From contig JANJGN010000016.1 in the NCBI GenBank assembly GCA_026770705.1, positions 121,334,001-121,398,000 on the forward strand: a stretch of 64,000 nt of DNA, read 5' to 3'. The notes below the pieces were generated by a model, which ran no database searches, was not told where the DNA came from, and worked only from the letters and a program-made list of their open reading frames with translations. Within the stretch, counting starts at the first letter, position 1, and the number at the start of each line of letters is the position of its first letter. The DNA is from Isurus oxyrinchus (lineage: Eukaryota). Of this stretch, positions 13,189-25,379 are shown one piece after another. Both the position numbers and the translations under genes were made by a program.

Positions 13189-14419
13189 TGGTGATCAATG
13201 GTGGTATGCACCATGGTGAGCAGCGGTGGTACACTATATTTTATTTTGATCTTTATCAGCTCCAGTTACTGTTCTATTTTTATATTTAACCCCTGTAACT
13301 ACTTACTCTTCACGAGTGTTTCACAGACATATGCAATAGCTCTTGTTAATAGGCTAGGAATTCCATTACAATTCTCTTGTCCTTGGGTGCTGGAGGATGA
13401 AGAAAACATCCAAAGCACTCACCAAAGGGATTTCTGATGTCCGCCTGTCTATGAGGCATAGGCTCACCATTACCCAGGGAGAGTGCTCCACAGATCCCAT
13501 TAGGTCTTCTTGAATATGTGGCAGGAGACCGGGTGAGAGAAGTCATTCTCTGGGATAAAAATGAGGCCTAGAAGTTCAATTTGGTCGTGCCAGCAATACA
13601 ATCATCTCAAGAAGTTGGAAGGTGAGAGCATGCGGAGTGACTTAGCTTGTGGACAGGCTGCATGCTATTTGGTAGGGTTGTTCTAAAATGGTTTGGGGTG
13701 TAGGGTGTTGAAAGCTATAAGTGTTCTGCTGTACGTTACATTTTGAAGGGACATTACTCTGATTCCAGAGAGTTGAACAATGAGCTATAAAGCTTGAGTA
13801 AGGTCTTTGAATGGATGAAGAGTAAATGTTCAACAGGGAACATTTTGTGGTGAGCAATCTTTTGGGCCATCTACAAGATCTTGACTTTCCAGATTCCTTT
13901 GCCTGTGATCATCTACATCATCTACTCCTAGGTCAGAACAACATTCAGCCTGTTCACCACCTGCCACTAGGAATAGTGTGCAGGCGCCCTCTGGGAATGC
14001 TGTTCTGAAATGTCAAATTGGACAACCTGCCTCATAAATGTATGTCTATTTATACATCACTAAAAAAGGGAAATGGATGCTGTGCCTCTCATTCATTTGC
14101 CCACCGAAGAGGTGTTATGTCTTCATATCTTGTTTCCTTTCAGTTTGTTAATGCCTGATACTACTTCTCACCACCCACCCCCACCGCCGCCCCCCCAGCC
14201 TCAACTAACAAATATGTAATATTGATTTTGAAGCTTGATAAGCCTGAAATAAATGCCTTTAAATGGATTTGAGAGCCAGAAATGCTAATTGCTCTATTGG
14301 GCAGACTTCCTACAAAGGCCAAAGTTGCATTGGCAGCTGTGTATAGTTATTTTAATGAACTGAGCAGTCAGTCCAATCTGCATTAGGGAATGCAGCCAAA
14401 GCATCATAAAAGATTGTTT

Positions 14420-16120
14420 CCTTCAGGACTACCAATGAAAAAGGCAAGTAGGATTCTGGGTTTTATATTTTGTAACATGAAATATAAAAGTGAAGAGTGA
14501 CACTGAATTTGAACAAGTCATTGGTTCGGCCACAATTAGACTATTGCCTGCAGTTCTGGGAAATTAAATAATAAGAGGGATATCAGAACCATACCAAGGG
14601 TAACATAGGAACATGGGAAATAGAAGGTTCACTTAAGTGAAGCCAGGAATGAAAGTTTATGGTTATAAAGAAAGAGTTGATAAATTGATGCATAATACTG
14701 GAATATAGATTGATCTAGGGGGATCTAATAGAGGCTTTTATGATGAAGTGATTAAGAGATTAAATAGTGAACAATTGTTTCTGCTATCGGTGAACTGACT
14801 ACAAGGGGCATAAACTCCAGACCATTTCGAGAAGAACTGTGAAGATGGATGTCATCTTTTAAAATATTTTTGGGAATATGGTGGTATTCTGTAAAGAAGG
14901 GTGTGTGTGTGTTGTGTCTGTGTGTATGTGTGTCTGTGCGCCCATGGGTAATTAAACTGGGGGAAGGTAGACAGCTCGTCTGTGGGAATTGAGAAATAAA
15001 AGGCAAAGAGCCTAGATGTATGCATTTGTGCTGAAAGGCTATGGTGTAGTTAAATGCCTGAGTAAATAGGTTGGGGTTTAAAATTTGCAATAGATAATAA
15101 TAAGGGACTTGACCTTTCAGCTGTTAAACTTCAAAGCTCAGTTTAGAAGTGACAAGGGACATTTATAACTTGCAAAGGTTTCATAAGTAAACAGGGGAAT
15201 GTTATTATTTTTATTTGACTTGAAAGTGAAGGCAATAGGAAGAAATGAAAGTTTTTTTACATTTTAGAAAGGTTGAGTTCAAAGAGGTGCAGAGGACAAT
15301 GGAATCTAAAATGAAAGGGAAAGAAAGCTATTTAAGGAAAGATGTTGAGTTGAGCTGGGTGGCTGTGTGGGGGAGAAGCCCTGAGACCAGCCCTTTGCTG
15401 ACAGAAGTTGTGAATTTATAGCAGCTATCCAGTTTCAAGCCATAAAAGTCTTTGTTTTCAGAAAGCAGTCTATTTCTGAACTTCCTTTGGATTTCTACAG
15501 AAGTGTCATGTCATATACCTTTACCAAAGTAGCAGCAGTTTTTGCCTAGGGTAATATTATTGGATTTTTATGGTTAAAATCTATAAGGGCCGTTGCCAAT
15601 TTGAATTTGAATAAGTCATTGGTTAGGTAGTTTACTTGTGTGTTCCGAACAAGTGGCGTTTTTGCGGGGGGAACGTTTTGTAAGACTGTTTTAACTGTGT
15701 AATCTTAATCTTGTGTGCTTAAGTGTATTTTTCTTTATGTTAATAAATGTTTTACTTTTATAATCCTAAAAGTGTTCCTGGGATTCTATGCTTCTGGGAT
15801 CAGCAGTTTTACCCCTCATTTTCCAAATATGAAATGAAAAGATTATGGGATTTAGCTTGTTCAGCAAATAACAGTCGCTGTGGTTGTAACGAGAACAAAA
15901 TGGAATTCAGGCAACATTTCTTTTCATTATGAGGACCATCAGAACATGAACAAGAGGCTATGGGGCAGGGACTTTAATACCATTTATAGGGGAATTGGGT
16001 TTCAATTTACAAGAGTATGAATGGATGCGAGGAATGGCCAAGGACTTGTAGATAGCTCCAGTTGAAGAGGTTGCACAAGCATCGTCTCAGTGGGCTGAAT
16101 GGCCTCCCCGTGTTAAAATT
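14420..16120 (+). mobile_element. Old CR1 3' fragment split by a solo LTR
   Basis: Degenerate CR1 C-terminal motifs (LVRPQLDYCLQFW; RGDLIEAF) at 14420-14837. Resumes at 15892 (FRQHFFS) and ends with tail GGGCTGAATGGCCTCC. Confidence 0.7.
14838..15891 (+). mobile_element. Solo LTR (~1.05 kb) with 5-bp TSD
   Basis: AGAAC|TGTGAAG...GTTGTAACG|AGAAC; AATAAA at 15742; cleanly interrupts a CR1 fragment. Confidence 0.72.
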
Positions 16121-16646
16121 ATGACCTGCATTAGACATAATGATATTTTGTGCTTATATTCTGTTTTCAACAATCCAATTTATTCCTCTGAATTCTGATT
16201 ACTTTTGGCAAGAATTCCAAATAAAAGAGGAAAGTACAAATCCTAAGTGTTTACTCAAGAAAGCATGCATCTCACCATGTGAAATGTTTTTTTTAATATC
16301 CCAAGAGGCTGCTGAAGTTCCCTTCCTGCCAGAAAAGTAGATTAAATTGATTAATGTGCTAGTTTTATTATAGCACAATGGTTTTTAAACCTCCCGGTGG
16401 GATTTGTATGAGCTAACTTCTCAATACAATCCAGGCCTTATTTTGTGATAGTATTTGAGGAGGACAGTTGATATGAGTTTTAGGCTGACAGCTTCCTATC
16501 CAACTGCTGCAACTTATTGCCACTAGCATTGAAATGTATCATGCATCATTTGAACATGATGGCAACGGAAGTGAAAAGCTGCTCTCTTGCTCCTCTGCCA
16601 CCCCCACAAAGGAACGGTTTGATGAGTTATTTTCTAAGATGACAAT

Positions 16647-17328
16647 TGGCTGGATTTTCCCAGTTCCCAGATGGTGATTTGGGAGGAGGGGGAACCAGAA
16701 GAATAACCAAGTTGGGATGGTCCCTTGACGCATTCCTGCCGCCAGGGAGGTTTTCCAGGGCTGAAGCGATTGACTGCCTGCTCAGAGGAGACGGTAAGCC
16801 AATTTAAGTACTGTAAATATTGGGTGATCTTTGTGCTTGTCGGCATTTTGCCAATAAAGTGGCCGCCAGCTTAAGGGTCTCCTTAAGGACGGCCTCCCTG
16901 CAGCAGTCCAGAGAACCAACACAGATGGAGGCTCCAGCCTCCAAAGAGGGGGCTGTGGACAGTGCTTCAATGGACCATCCAGAGGGGTTTCCCCACTAAT
17001 TCTGGGGTGGGGGGTGGGGGCTACCAGTTAGGCCCCTCCAGTTCATTAATTTAATTTAACCTGTCCGATGGTGCGTCCATTTTGAGGCATCCTCATGATT
17101 GAAACCTGCTTCAGCAGTGCCCACTTTTCCCGGTGAGGCTGCTGAGTCTTCAGAGTTGTCGCCCTCCGATTTGGCCTAACTATTGGACGATAAGCTTGGG
17201 CACAGCCAATTAGGAGACTGCCTTCAGGAATATTGCTAAGCCTTTCTCATTGTCAGACAGTGCGAGTCTGGGGTCCCCCCTCTGCTCTTGACGTCGGGCT
17301 CCTGGAGCCTATGATAAAAGCCTGGCCA
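16647..17328. mobile_element. Harbinger-type MITE
   Basis: Imperfect TIRs TGGCTGGATTTT ... AAAAGCCTGGCCA; GC-rich non-coding interior with CCAATT motifs. Confidence 0.55.
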
Positions 17329-17809
17329 GTGGGTTTCTAGGGTGTATGACAAAAACAAGTCTGTACAGTTTAATGGGTGATGAGCAAATAGATTGACACC
17401 ACTGGCTGCTTGCTTCAGATCACATTGAGTTAAATAACAAAGAAGTGGGTGCCTACAGTTTGATTGCTCAGAGAGTTCAGATGACAACAAACATGCAAAA
17501 AGGTTCTGTACTAATATTTGTAATATATTGTAATAGCTGAGCTTTTTGTTATACCACGTTCTCTGCTATCAGCTCTTTGAGGTGGTGCAAATAAAGCTAT
17601 TTTTATAATAGCAGTCTGTTGTAAATCCACCTGGTGAGATCATCACAGTGCAATACATGACAGAAAGATGGTGATGAGGATAGGATGGAATTCTTTTTTG
17701 CATTTCATTTGAGAAATTAAGGAATGAAGAACATTGCGGCACGCTTTTTCGAACTCCTAAAGTTGATTTCAAATAGTCGTTTGGTAGCACAGCACTTGAG
17801 CATTGCTTG

Positions 17810-18455
17810 GCAAGTGGACTCTTATTGCTATGGAGAATGCACCAGTTAATGGTGACTGACAGTTAACTGCCAAGCATTGTTTGAAATTTTAAACCAGGCA
17901 GCTTGACTCTGACTGGTCAAGGCATTGCCCTGAGGAATAACCCAGCAAATAGCTGTCACTTATTTTGTTCAGCTGCGATGCGTGTACATGCCCTTTTTGC
18001 CTACAAAGAACAGGCCCCTATGTATTAACATACATAGCTTCCAGTACAGGAAAATGCACCACACTGCAAGCCCGACTGACAATCATAAATTGGTTGTCAG
18101 CATAATTTTTAATGCACTGGGGATTATTTAGCAAATGTGGACCAATCGCGGAATCACATCTAATGTTGGACACTGCGTTTTGAGTTTTACATGTAGGGGC
18201 TGGTTGGGTATGGTCAGTACCCCGCCCATTGCAAACAGTGGAAGGGACATGCTGTTTGATACAATCTGCCAGTCTTTGGGACGAATGGCTTACATACTTA
18301 GCATCACACTGGCTACCAATCAAAGTCCACTTGGCAACCAATCAGCACTCTCTTCTGACACAGTATAAAGTTGTTGCTTCCCTGACATTGTATTCTTGCA
18401 ATTGTCCTGATGAGTGGAAAACAAAAAGCTTTGACAAAACGTCTTTGTTCAGCAA
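17810..18455 (-). mobile_element. Penelope-like retroelement remnant (C-terminal GIY-YIG region and pseudo-LTR)
   Basis: Minus-strand ORF 18018-18341 (SAIGPHLLNNPQC...VLEAMYVNT) resembles a Penelope endonuclease C-terminus; hammerhead motif adjacent. Confidence 0.7.
18402..18437 (+). ncRNA. Degenerate minimal type-I hammerhead ribozyme
   Basis: TTGTC-CTGATGA-GT(GGAAA)AC-AAAAAGCTTT-GACAA. Stem I TTGTC/GACAA, CUGAUGA core, palindromic AAGCTT stem III; the GAAA box reads AAAA. Confidence 0.6.
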
Positions 18456-18543
18456 AGTTGATTTTGAGGAATTGGGAAGATTGTTCCCTGTGTGCACATT
18501 GTGTTTAGGTACAAAATGAGTCAGCACAGTACATAATCGAAAA

Positions 18544-19260
18544 ATGGCGCTGAAGGCATATTTGGGGATAATGGAGGAGTTCAACCCTAACAAAGTGGAC
18601 TGGTGAAATTATGAATGAAGGTTTTATATTTGGCTGAAAGTGAATAAAATAAGAGATGTGGATAAAGTAAATGTTTTTGTCACCATAATGGGGCCAGATG
18701 TTTTTGAGGTGGTGGCTAACCAATGTTGCCTGTGAGACCCCAGTACTAAGGACTATTCTGAAATTAATGGGATTAGGGACTCATATGGCCATGACTGAGA
18801 ATGAGATTGAGAAGTGCATTCTGTGAAAGGGGGCAGTAGCCACTTGAGACTGGTACACATTACATTCTTGACTTAGAGAAACTCTCTCATCTCTGAGTAT
18901 GGGGCAAACATAAAAATCAACCTTAGAGACACATTTGCAGGAGGCCCAGTTTTGGAGAAAAGGCAAAAAGCTAATGTGGAAGGAGACCTATGATGAGGCC
19001 ACAACCATGGAATTGGCAGAAGGAGGTAGTTGCAAATTGTAAAGGATTTCTTTTCCAGAGCTGGCAGGGGATTCCACAGGACTTCAGCGAGATCCAGGCC
19101 ATAGGAGCCTAGTTCACACATTTAGAGTCTGAAATTTAGATGCTAGGTTTGCCATGGTAGCTATCAACCATGTAAATGCCTCCATTTCTAGTCAAAGTGT
19201 TAAGGGAAAGTCAGTCATATCCAGACGGCATGAAGAAATAGAGGAAGCAGTAATGCCCCA
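18544..19260 (+). mobile_element. Highly decayed Ty3/Gypsy gag-like remnant
   Basis: MALKAYLGIMEEFNPNKVDW*NY resembles the G..F....W..Y start of Gypsy gag; Cys/His knuckle-like remnant near 19141-19220. Confidence 0.45.
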
Positions 19261-19799
19261 GATTGTGGCAAAGTTCCAGCTCACAGCCATGCACTAGGTC
19301 GGGGTCATGGTAGATCTAAAGCTGGAGGAGTCTAAAGCTAGAGAGGTCCAGATCCAGGAATCTGGAAATCCTCGAAAGAGCATATGATAGACAGGGAATC
19401 ATTCCAGATTTGCACTAAGTGAGGTAGCAGGCGGGGGAAAGAAGGCTTTATCCACCGGCTGCTTTGGCAGATTCTCATGCCTTATCATCCCAATCCCAAC
19501 TCATTAGTCATGCATTCCCAGGAAACATGTTGTTTCAAGCAAATGATCCACATAACACGGCAGAGTCTCTTGCCAACATTCATTAGATAAGTGAATGCCC
19601 CTAGCCTCTTTAAAACAACTCTAATCACATACTGTGGTAATCTGAGGTGCAGTACACCTTTAAGAGAATGTGAGCAGATTGACCATGTGACTGTATTACC
19701 CAATTGCTGTGTAGAGTGGGCTACAATGTTTATCCGTAGTTTAGAATAGGGTCTTTTCATTATTTCTTGTCTAATGACGATACTTGTGTTAAACACATA

Positions 19800-20397
19800 G
19801 GGCAGAATCTTGTCCTTGTTGGGCGGGCTTGGCGAGGTGGGTGGGGACAGTCGGGAAGCAGACCAGCGCCCGGGTTTGGAGGCAGACTGTGATTTCACAC
19901 CGGTGGGCCAATTAAGGCCGGCCCAGCATGAACCGTGAATGGCAGCGCTCAGCGCTTCCTGTTCAGTGGGGGGTGTTGAAGGGAGGAGGGCGAGTGCAAG
20001 CTTTGCGCATGCGTGTGAGTTTTCAAAAAAAAATAAAGATTTGAAAAAATGTTGTAAAACATGTCCCCTCACATGAATGGGGGGGATGTTATAAATTAAA
20101 TTAAACAACTTTCATTTCATTTTTATTTGATGTTGGATACCTCATCCTGCCCGTGGATGAGGTTTCCAAAAAAGTGCCTTTTTGCCTGTCGTAAGGTTGG
20201 AAGAGCAGCAAAAAATTTGTTTCAATTACCTTGTTAATGGCCTTAACAAGTCTTTTAATTGTCAGCAGATATGCTGCTGACCAAAATATCATGCAACTGC
20301 ATGTTGACATTGGGATGCTTGCCCGACAGCAACATGCGTCATTTTATGCTCTTGTGGGTTGGGTGTGTGCCCGCCCACCAAGGTAAAAATTCTGCCC
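19800..20397. mobile_element. Harbinger MITE with 3-bp TSD ATA
   Basis: ATA|GGGCAGAATCTT...AAAATTCTGCCC|ATA. Subterminal blocks GGGCCAATTAAG and GCCCGTGGATGAGGTTT are shared with the 31685-36786 element. Confidence 0.88.
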
Positions 20398-21532
20398 ATA
20401 CTGTTGTTAAGGAAAAAGCTTTTTTTAGCATGTAAATTACTCTGGAAGGATCGGTCAAACATATTTTGGTTGTGATTACAGCAGTAACAAATATGCAATC
20501 CAGCCTTTAGGTTTTAAGTATGTTATAGGCAATGAAATATTTTTTAAGTGTAGTCACTGTTGTAATGTTAGGAAATGTGGCAGGGTGGATAGGAAGTTGG
20601 AGTTTTAATAAACATGGTATGAAGCTACTAACACTACTACTCACGCTTCCCCTAACTTTAATGTACTTGGGAGCCAGATTGTTTTCTGCTTTCCTGTTGC
20701 ATCAGAAGCGACCTCACACCATTGGCAGTATAACTGCAGTTCGGCATGCAGGCAAGTTCATAAAGCACCAGGACTGGCCATTGGATAGACTTGACATTGA
20801 ATCCTTCTAATGATACAAGAATGAAATTGTCACAGCACACACTCTCCAAACATTAGCGGCCCAAGGAATGAACTTTAAAATCAGCTGTAACCTGCTTTCA
20901 TTTAGTTGGGCAAATCACAAGTGTGGATAACATTTTAACTGACAGTAAAAGCTTGGCAATTTGAACCCTTCTGCCATAAAGCTACCAGGATGATGTAGTT
21001 TGACAGACTAATTCTGTTTAATGGCATGTTCTGTCATAATTGCTGGACGTGATAGTGCAGCTTAGGCACAGACTTGGCTTTGTTTTTAGAAACAGATATT
21101 GAACGTATAATGGGATCGTCACATATGGTTGTTTTTAATGTCTGTTACTGATAAAGGTTTTTCTAATGACAGATGATTTTTAAAGTCTCCAATGATTTTA
21201 AAGCAATCTTTAACAGGCAAATGTAAGATTTTAAAAACCAAGTTCTTCTTGTTCAGAGAAGAGCCTCATTCTATGAACTATGTCAAGTTTAACACAAGCT
21301 TAACCTCACACAATTTCAATACTTAATGGACAATATAACTATTGGTCTGCCTAATTTACTCATACATGTGAAAGGAAATTCATTACTTGGTTAACCTGAA
21401 TAGGTTCTGCATTACAGATTCTGGATACAAAATGTTGAATTGAATTCACAAAGACATCATAATTAAAACCTTTCAAATAATTTCCAAGTTAACACTGTAA
21501 GTGGTGAGGGGACACTTTGAGTGTTACCTTTG

Positions 21533-22022
21533 GAGCTGAATTTTTGGCTTGGTGCCAGGAAATAGGAGTAATCACTGAACTGGAATTTTGACTGGAGCTC
21601 TCCCTTAACTGGTATGGGGACAGCTTCCCTCTGCAATTAATGGTGGTGGGCCAGCTCTTGAAGCTGGTAGGCCAAACATAGGTGTTCCGGTTTCCGGTTT
21701 CAGAGTACAGCCTTTGCCTGCACCCACACCCAGGCAGGGCCTGTATGCCTGCCTAGAACCCTGGGCCCCTAACCTGCTGCTGGGTGCCCGTCTCCAGGCA
21801 GTTGATCAACCCCCTATCCCGTCAGGAAATTGGATGCCAACTCTAAAATCCCAGTCAGCCTCCTTCATGCCGACTTAGCAAGGCTCTTAACAAGCTTAAT
21901 TGCCTGTCTGTTTTGAGGTGGGGGCAGTATTCCCAAGCCCCAAGTCTGGGTCAGCCACAATGGCTGACCTTGGCAGTGGTCAGGAAAGCAACAGGACCGG
22001 TTCGGTGGGTGAAAATTCAACC
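21533..22022. mobile_element. Harbinger-type MITE (same family as 48666-49396)
   Basis: GAGCTGAATTTT...AAAATTCAACC with TTG on both sides; internal ATTTTGACTGG...CCCTTAA(C/T)TGG shared with the 48666 copy. Confidence 0.65.
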
Positions 22023-22299
22023 TTGCATTTCTGCCAGTTATGCCAAGCTGTCACATTTGATGCCCATTCATTATAGTAGAGCTTGTTTTACTTTGGAGAA
22101 CACAGAATGTTCAGAATGGCACATCCAATCCATATTTGTTATGCATCATGGTCACAACAATATCAATGAAAAGAAAAAGTGCTGGAAATCTGAAATAAGA
22201 GCAGAAAAGGCTGGAGGGGTACTGCAGATCAGTAAACATTTGATACTAGTAATTCTCAGGAGAGACCAGGCACCAAGTCCAGCTTAATTTTATTCCTGA

Positions 22300-22720
22300 T
22301 TTTAATTGCTCCACCAATGGTGGCTATACATTCAGCTGCCTAGGCCCTAAGCTCTGGAATTCCCTCCCTATGTCTCTTGGTGCCTCTACCTCTCTCCTGC
22401 CATTAAGTCACTTGTTGAAGCCTATCTTTTTGATCGGGCTTTTAATCATCCAGTCTCCTAACTCCTTGCATCTGGAGTTCTGATGAAAGGTCACAGACCT
22501 GAAACGTTAACTCTTTTTAACTCCAAAGATGCTGCCAGACTTGCTAAGTATGTCCAGCATTTTCTGTTTTTAGTCCGGGTTTCCAGCATCTGCAGTAATT
22601 CACTTTTATAATATCTCTCTCTATGGCTCAGTGTCATATCTTGTTCCATAACTCTCCTATGAAATGCCTTGGGACATTTTACTGTCATGCAGTATGTATA
22701 TAGGAAAATTGTTGTTGAAA
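22300..22720 (+). mobile_element. L2-type LINE 3' remnant interrupted by a Penelope-derived short element (~22475-22610)
   Basis: TTCAGCTGCCTAGGCCCTAAGCTCTGGAATTCCCTCCC is a typical L2 ORF2 end. The insert matches the family of the 59011-59200 hairpin. Confidence 0.6.
22475..22513 (+). ncRNA. Minimal type-I hammerhead ribozyme motif with intact core
   Basis: GAGTT-CTGATGA-A-AGGTC(ACA)GACCT-GAAAC-GTT-AACTC. Stem I GAGTT/AACTC, 5-bp stem II, CUGAUGA and GAAA boxes, palindromic AACGTT stem III. Confidence 0.72.
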
Positions 22721-23061
22721 CATTAACTCAATTTTCTCTGTCATCTGCTGTCTGGCTACAAGATGATGGATTGAACCAACAGCCACATCGATAAGACTTG
22801 TAGGTGGAGAAGGAAGATATTTTTAGCCCAGACAAGAGGGACTCTATGGACAACTCCTGTTCCTCTGCCCCTCTCTTGTTCCTATCTCTGACCCATTGTA
22901 CTGAATTATAATCTGGAGATTTTAGAGATAATTGGGTAGCCTGTACAATGATAAACTTTGGATTTCCCTGAGTTACAATGGGCTGAATAATATGGGCCCA
23001 CACCCAGAAGTCGGCAGTCTTCCGAATTCAGGACCTGTCATTGGAGCTCGGCCAATAAAAA

Positions 23062-23736
23062 GGGCAGGATTTGCCTTTGGTGGGGGCTGCTAAGGGTTGG
23101 CGGTCAGGAAGCTGACCACCGCGGGCGATCAGCTCCACACGGTGATTTCATGTGGGGCGAGCTAATGAATGTCCGCCCTGCCTGGATCACGAGTGGCAGC
23201 GCTGAGCGCTGAGTGCTGCCGGTTTGCAGGGGAGGAGGGTGAGCCGGCCTAGCCCAATCTCGGTGCATGTGCAAGAACGAGCGCTTCGATCTCCCAGAAG
23301 CGCTGTGTAAAAAAAAAAATGAAGAGAATAAAAATTGAATAAAACATATCCCCTCATGTGACACTGCCACATGAAGCTGGGACATGTTTATAATTCAATA
23401 ATTAAGTTTTTATTTAACATTATTTGCTTTAGGAAACCTCATCCCGCCTGTGGACGAGGTTTCTGAAAAAATGTAAAGGCCACTTGGCCTTTTCGCCTGC
23501 CTGACAACCATTAGGTTGGACGGGCAGCGTAAATTTGAATTTAATTAGATTGTTAATGGCCTTTAAAGGCCTTTTAATTATGGGCGGGCATGCACCCGAC
23601 TCCAGCGCAGCCTGCTGAATGAAATATCGAGAGACTGTGTGATGTCATCGGAACGCACACCCGACATCACCGTGCATCATTTTACACTCAGGCATGTCGG
23701 GTGCTCACCCACACCATCGAGCGTAATATCCTGCCC
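23062..23736. mobile_element. Harbinger MITE (same family as 19800-20397)
   Basis: GGGCAGGATTT...ATATCCTGCCC; colinear with the 19800 copy; no matching TSD visible (AAA vs TTT). Confidence 0.85.
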
Positions 23737-23780
23737 TTTGATTAGCAGCAAGGGCAGCTTATAGACTTCATCCAGCCCAA

Positions 23781-24110
23781 TCAGTGCTGGAGGGTGGGAT
23801 GTCTGGTCTTGGAGAAGCAGGTTGTGACCCAGAACAAGGTCATGGCCAGCTCTTTAAAGGGCCCCCTGGCATGGGACAGTGTTAGGTGACCCATTGTATG
23901 ATCCTTCAAGAGCAGAAACTGTGTAGAGTATACTTTTGCCGACTCACCAGAACCAAGTCTCCCTCCAATCTCGCCACTGCCTGTGCTCCTGGTTGTCTTG
24001 GGTTTGAGCAGGGCCAGCACTTGCTCCTCAAAAGGAGTCAGGAGTTCCATGTTGGGTATAGCCCCGTCTGTATGAGCTCACTCTCAGGCATTGTGGGCTC
24101 GCTTGTCCTG
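23781..24110 (-). mobile_element. Harbinger Myb/SANT-gene exon-2 remnant, inverted copy
   Basis: MELLTPFEEQVLALLKPKTTRSTGSGE; reverse-complement match to 25400-25513. Confidence 0.7.
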
Positions 24111-24147
24111 AAAATATTTGACACAGAATTTTGTTTTTTGACTTTTG

Positions 24148-25086
24148 ACTGACCTTGACATCAAGGCAACATTTGACTGAGTGTGGCATCAAGGAGCCTT
24201 ATCAAAACTGGAATCAATGGGAATTAGGGGGAAACCTCTCTGCTGGTTGGAGTCATACCTAGCACAAAGAAAGATGGCTGAAGTTGTTGGAGGTCAATCA
24301 TCCCAGTTCCCGGACATCACTGCAGGAGCTCCTCAGGGTAGTGTCCAATGCCCACCCTTCTTCAGCTGCTTCATCAATGATCTTCCTTCCATCATAAAGA
24401 CAGAATTGGGGATGTTCGCTGATGATTGCACAATGTTCAGCACCATTTGTGACCCCTCAGATACTGAAGCAGTCCATGTCCAAATGCAGCAAGACCTGTA
24501 CAATATCCTGGATGGGCTGACAAATGGCAAGTAACATTCACGCCACACAAGTGTCAGGCAATAACCATCTCCAATAAGAGAGAATCTAACCATCTGACAT
24601 TCGATGGCATTACCATCGCTGAATCTCCCAATATCAACATCCTGGAAGTTACCATTGACTAGAAACTGAAATGGACAAGCCATATAAATACTATGGTTAC
24701 AAGAGCAGGTCAGGGGCTAGGAATCCTGCAGCAAGTAACTCACCTCCTGACTCCCCAAAGCCTGTCCACCATCTACAAGGCACAAGTCAGGAGTGTAGTG
24801 GAATACTCTCCACTTGCCTGGATGAGTGCAGCTCCCACAACACTCAAGAAGCTCGACACCATCCAAGACAAAGCAGCCCCGCTTGAATTGGCACCACGTC
24901 CACAAACATTCACTCCCTCCACCACCGATGAACAGTACCAGCTGTGTTTACCATCTACAAGATGCACTGCAGGAATTCACTGAGGCTCCTTAGACAGCAC
25001 CTTCCAAACCCACAACCATTATCATCTAGAAGGACAAAGGCAGCAGATAGATGGGAACACCACCACCTGGAAGGTCCCTCCAAGTC
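24148..25086 (+). mobile_element. LINE RT fragment, same family as 1996-3538
   Basis: Close similarity to 2380-3320 (WHQGALSKLESMG, PQGSV, FADDC, IYKAQVRSVVEY). Confidence 0.9.
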
Positions 25087-25379
25087 AGAAGATATAATTC
25101 CAAGCGCTGGGAAGAGGAGGAAGTCCAGACAGACCCATGCTGCATGGGAGGGGTGGCTGAGGAGATTGGTTTTGTAGACATTGTGAGGAGAGCAAAAGGT
25201 TCCATGACCTCATGAGGTCAGGGTGAGTATGGCATCATATGAACCATATTTGTAGAGTGTGAAACGGGTCTCACAAGTGAATGCAGTAGGTATTTGAGAT
25301 TAGCTGCTCACCCAAAGTTGCATGTTTCCACAAGGGCATGGCTGGTCTAAACCATGCCTTTATGTATTCCAAGCAATAA

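Noticed and set aside
19485-20108. 207-aa minus-strand ORF
   Set aside because: Spans a MITE boundary into flanking DNA; no recognisable motif.
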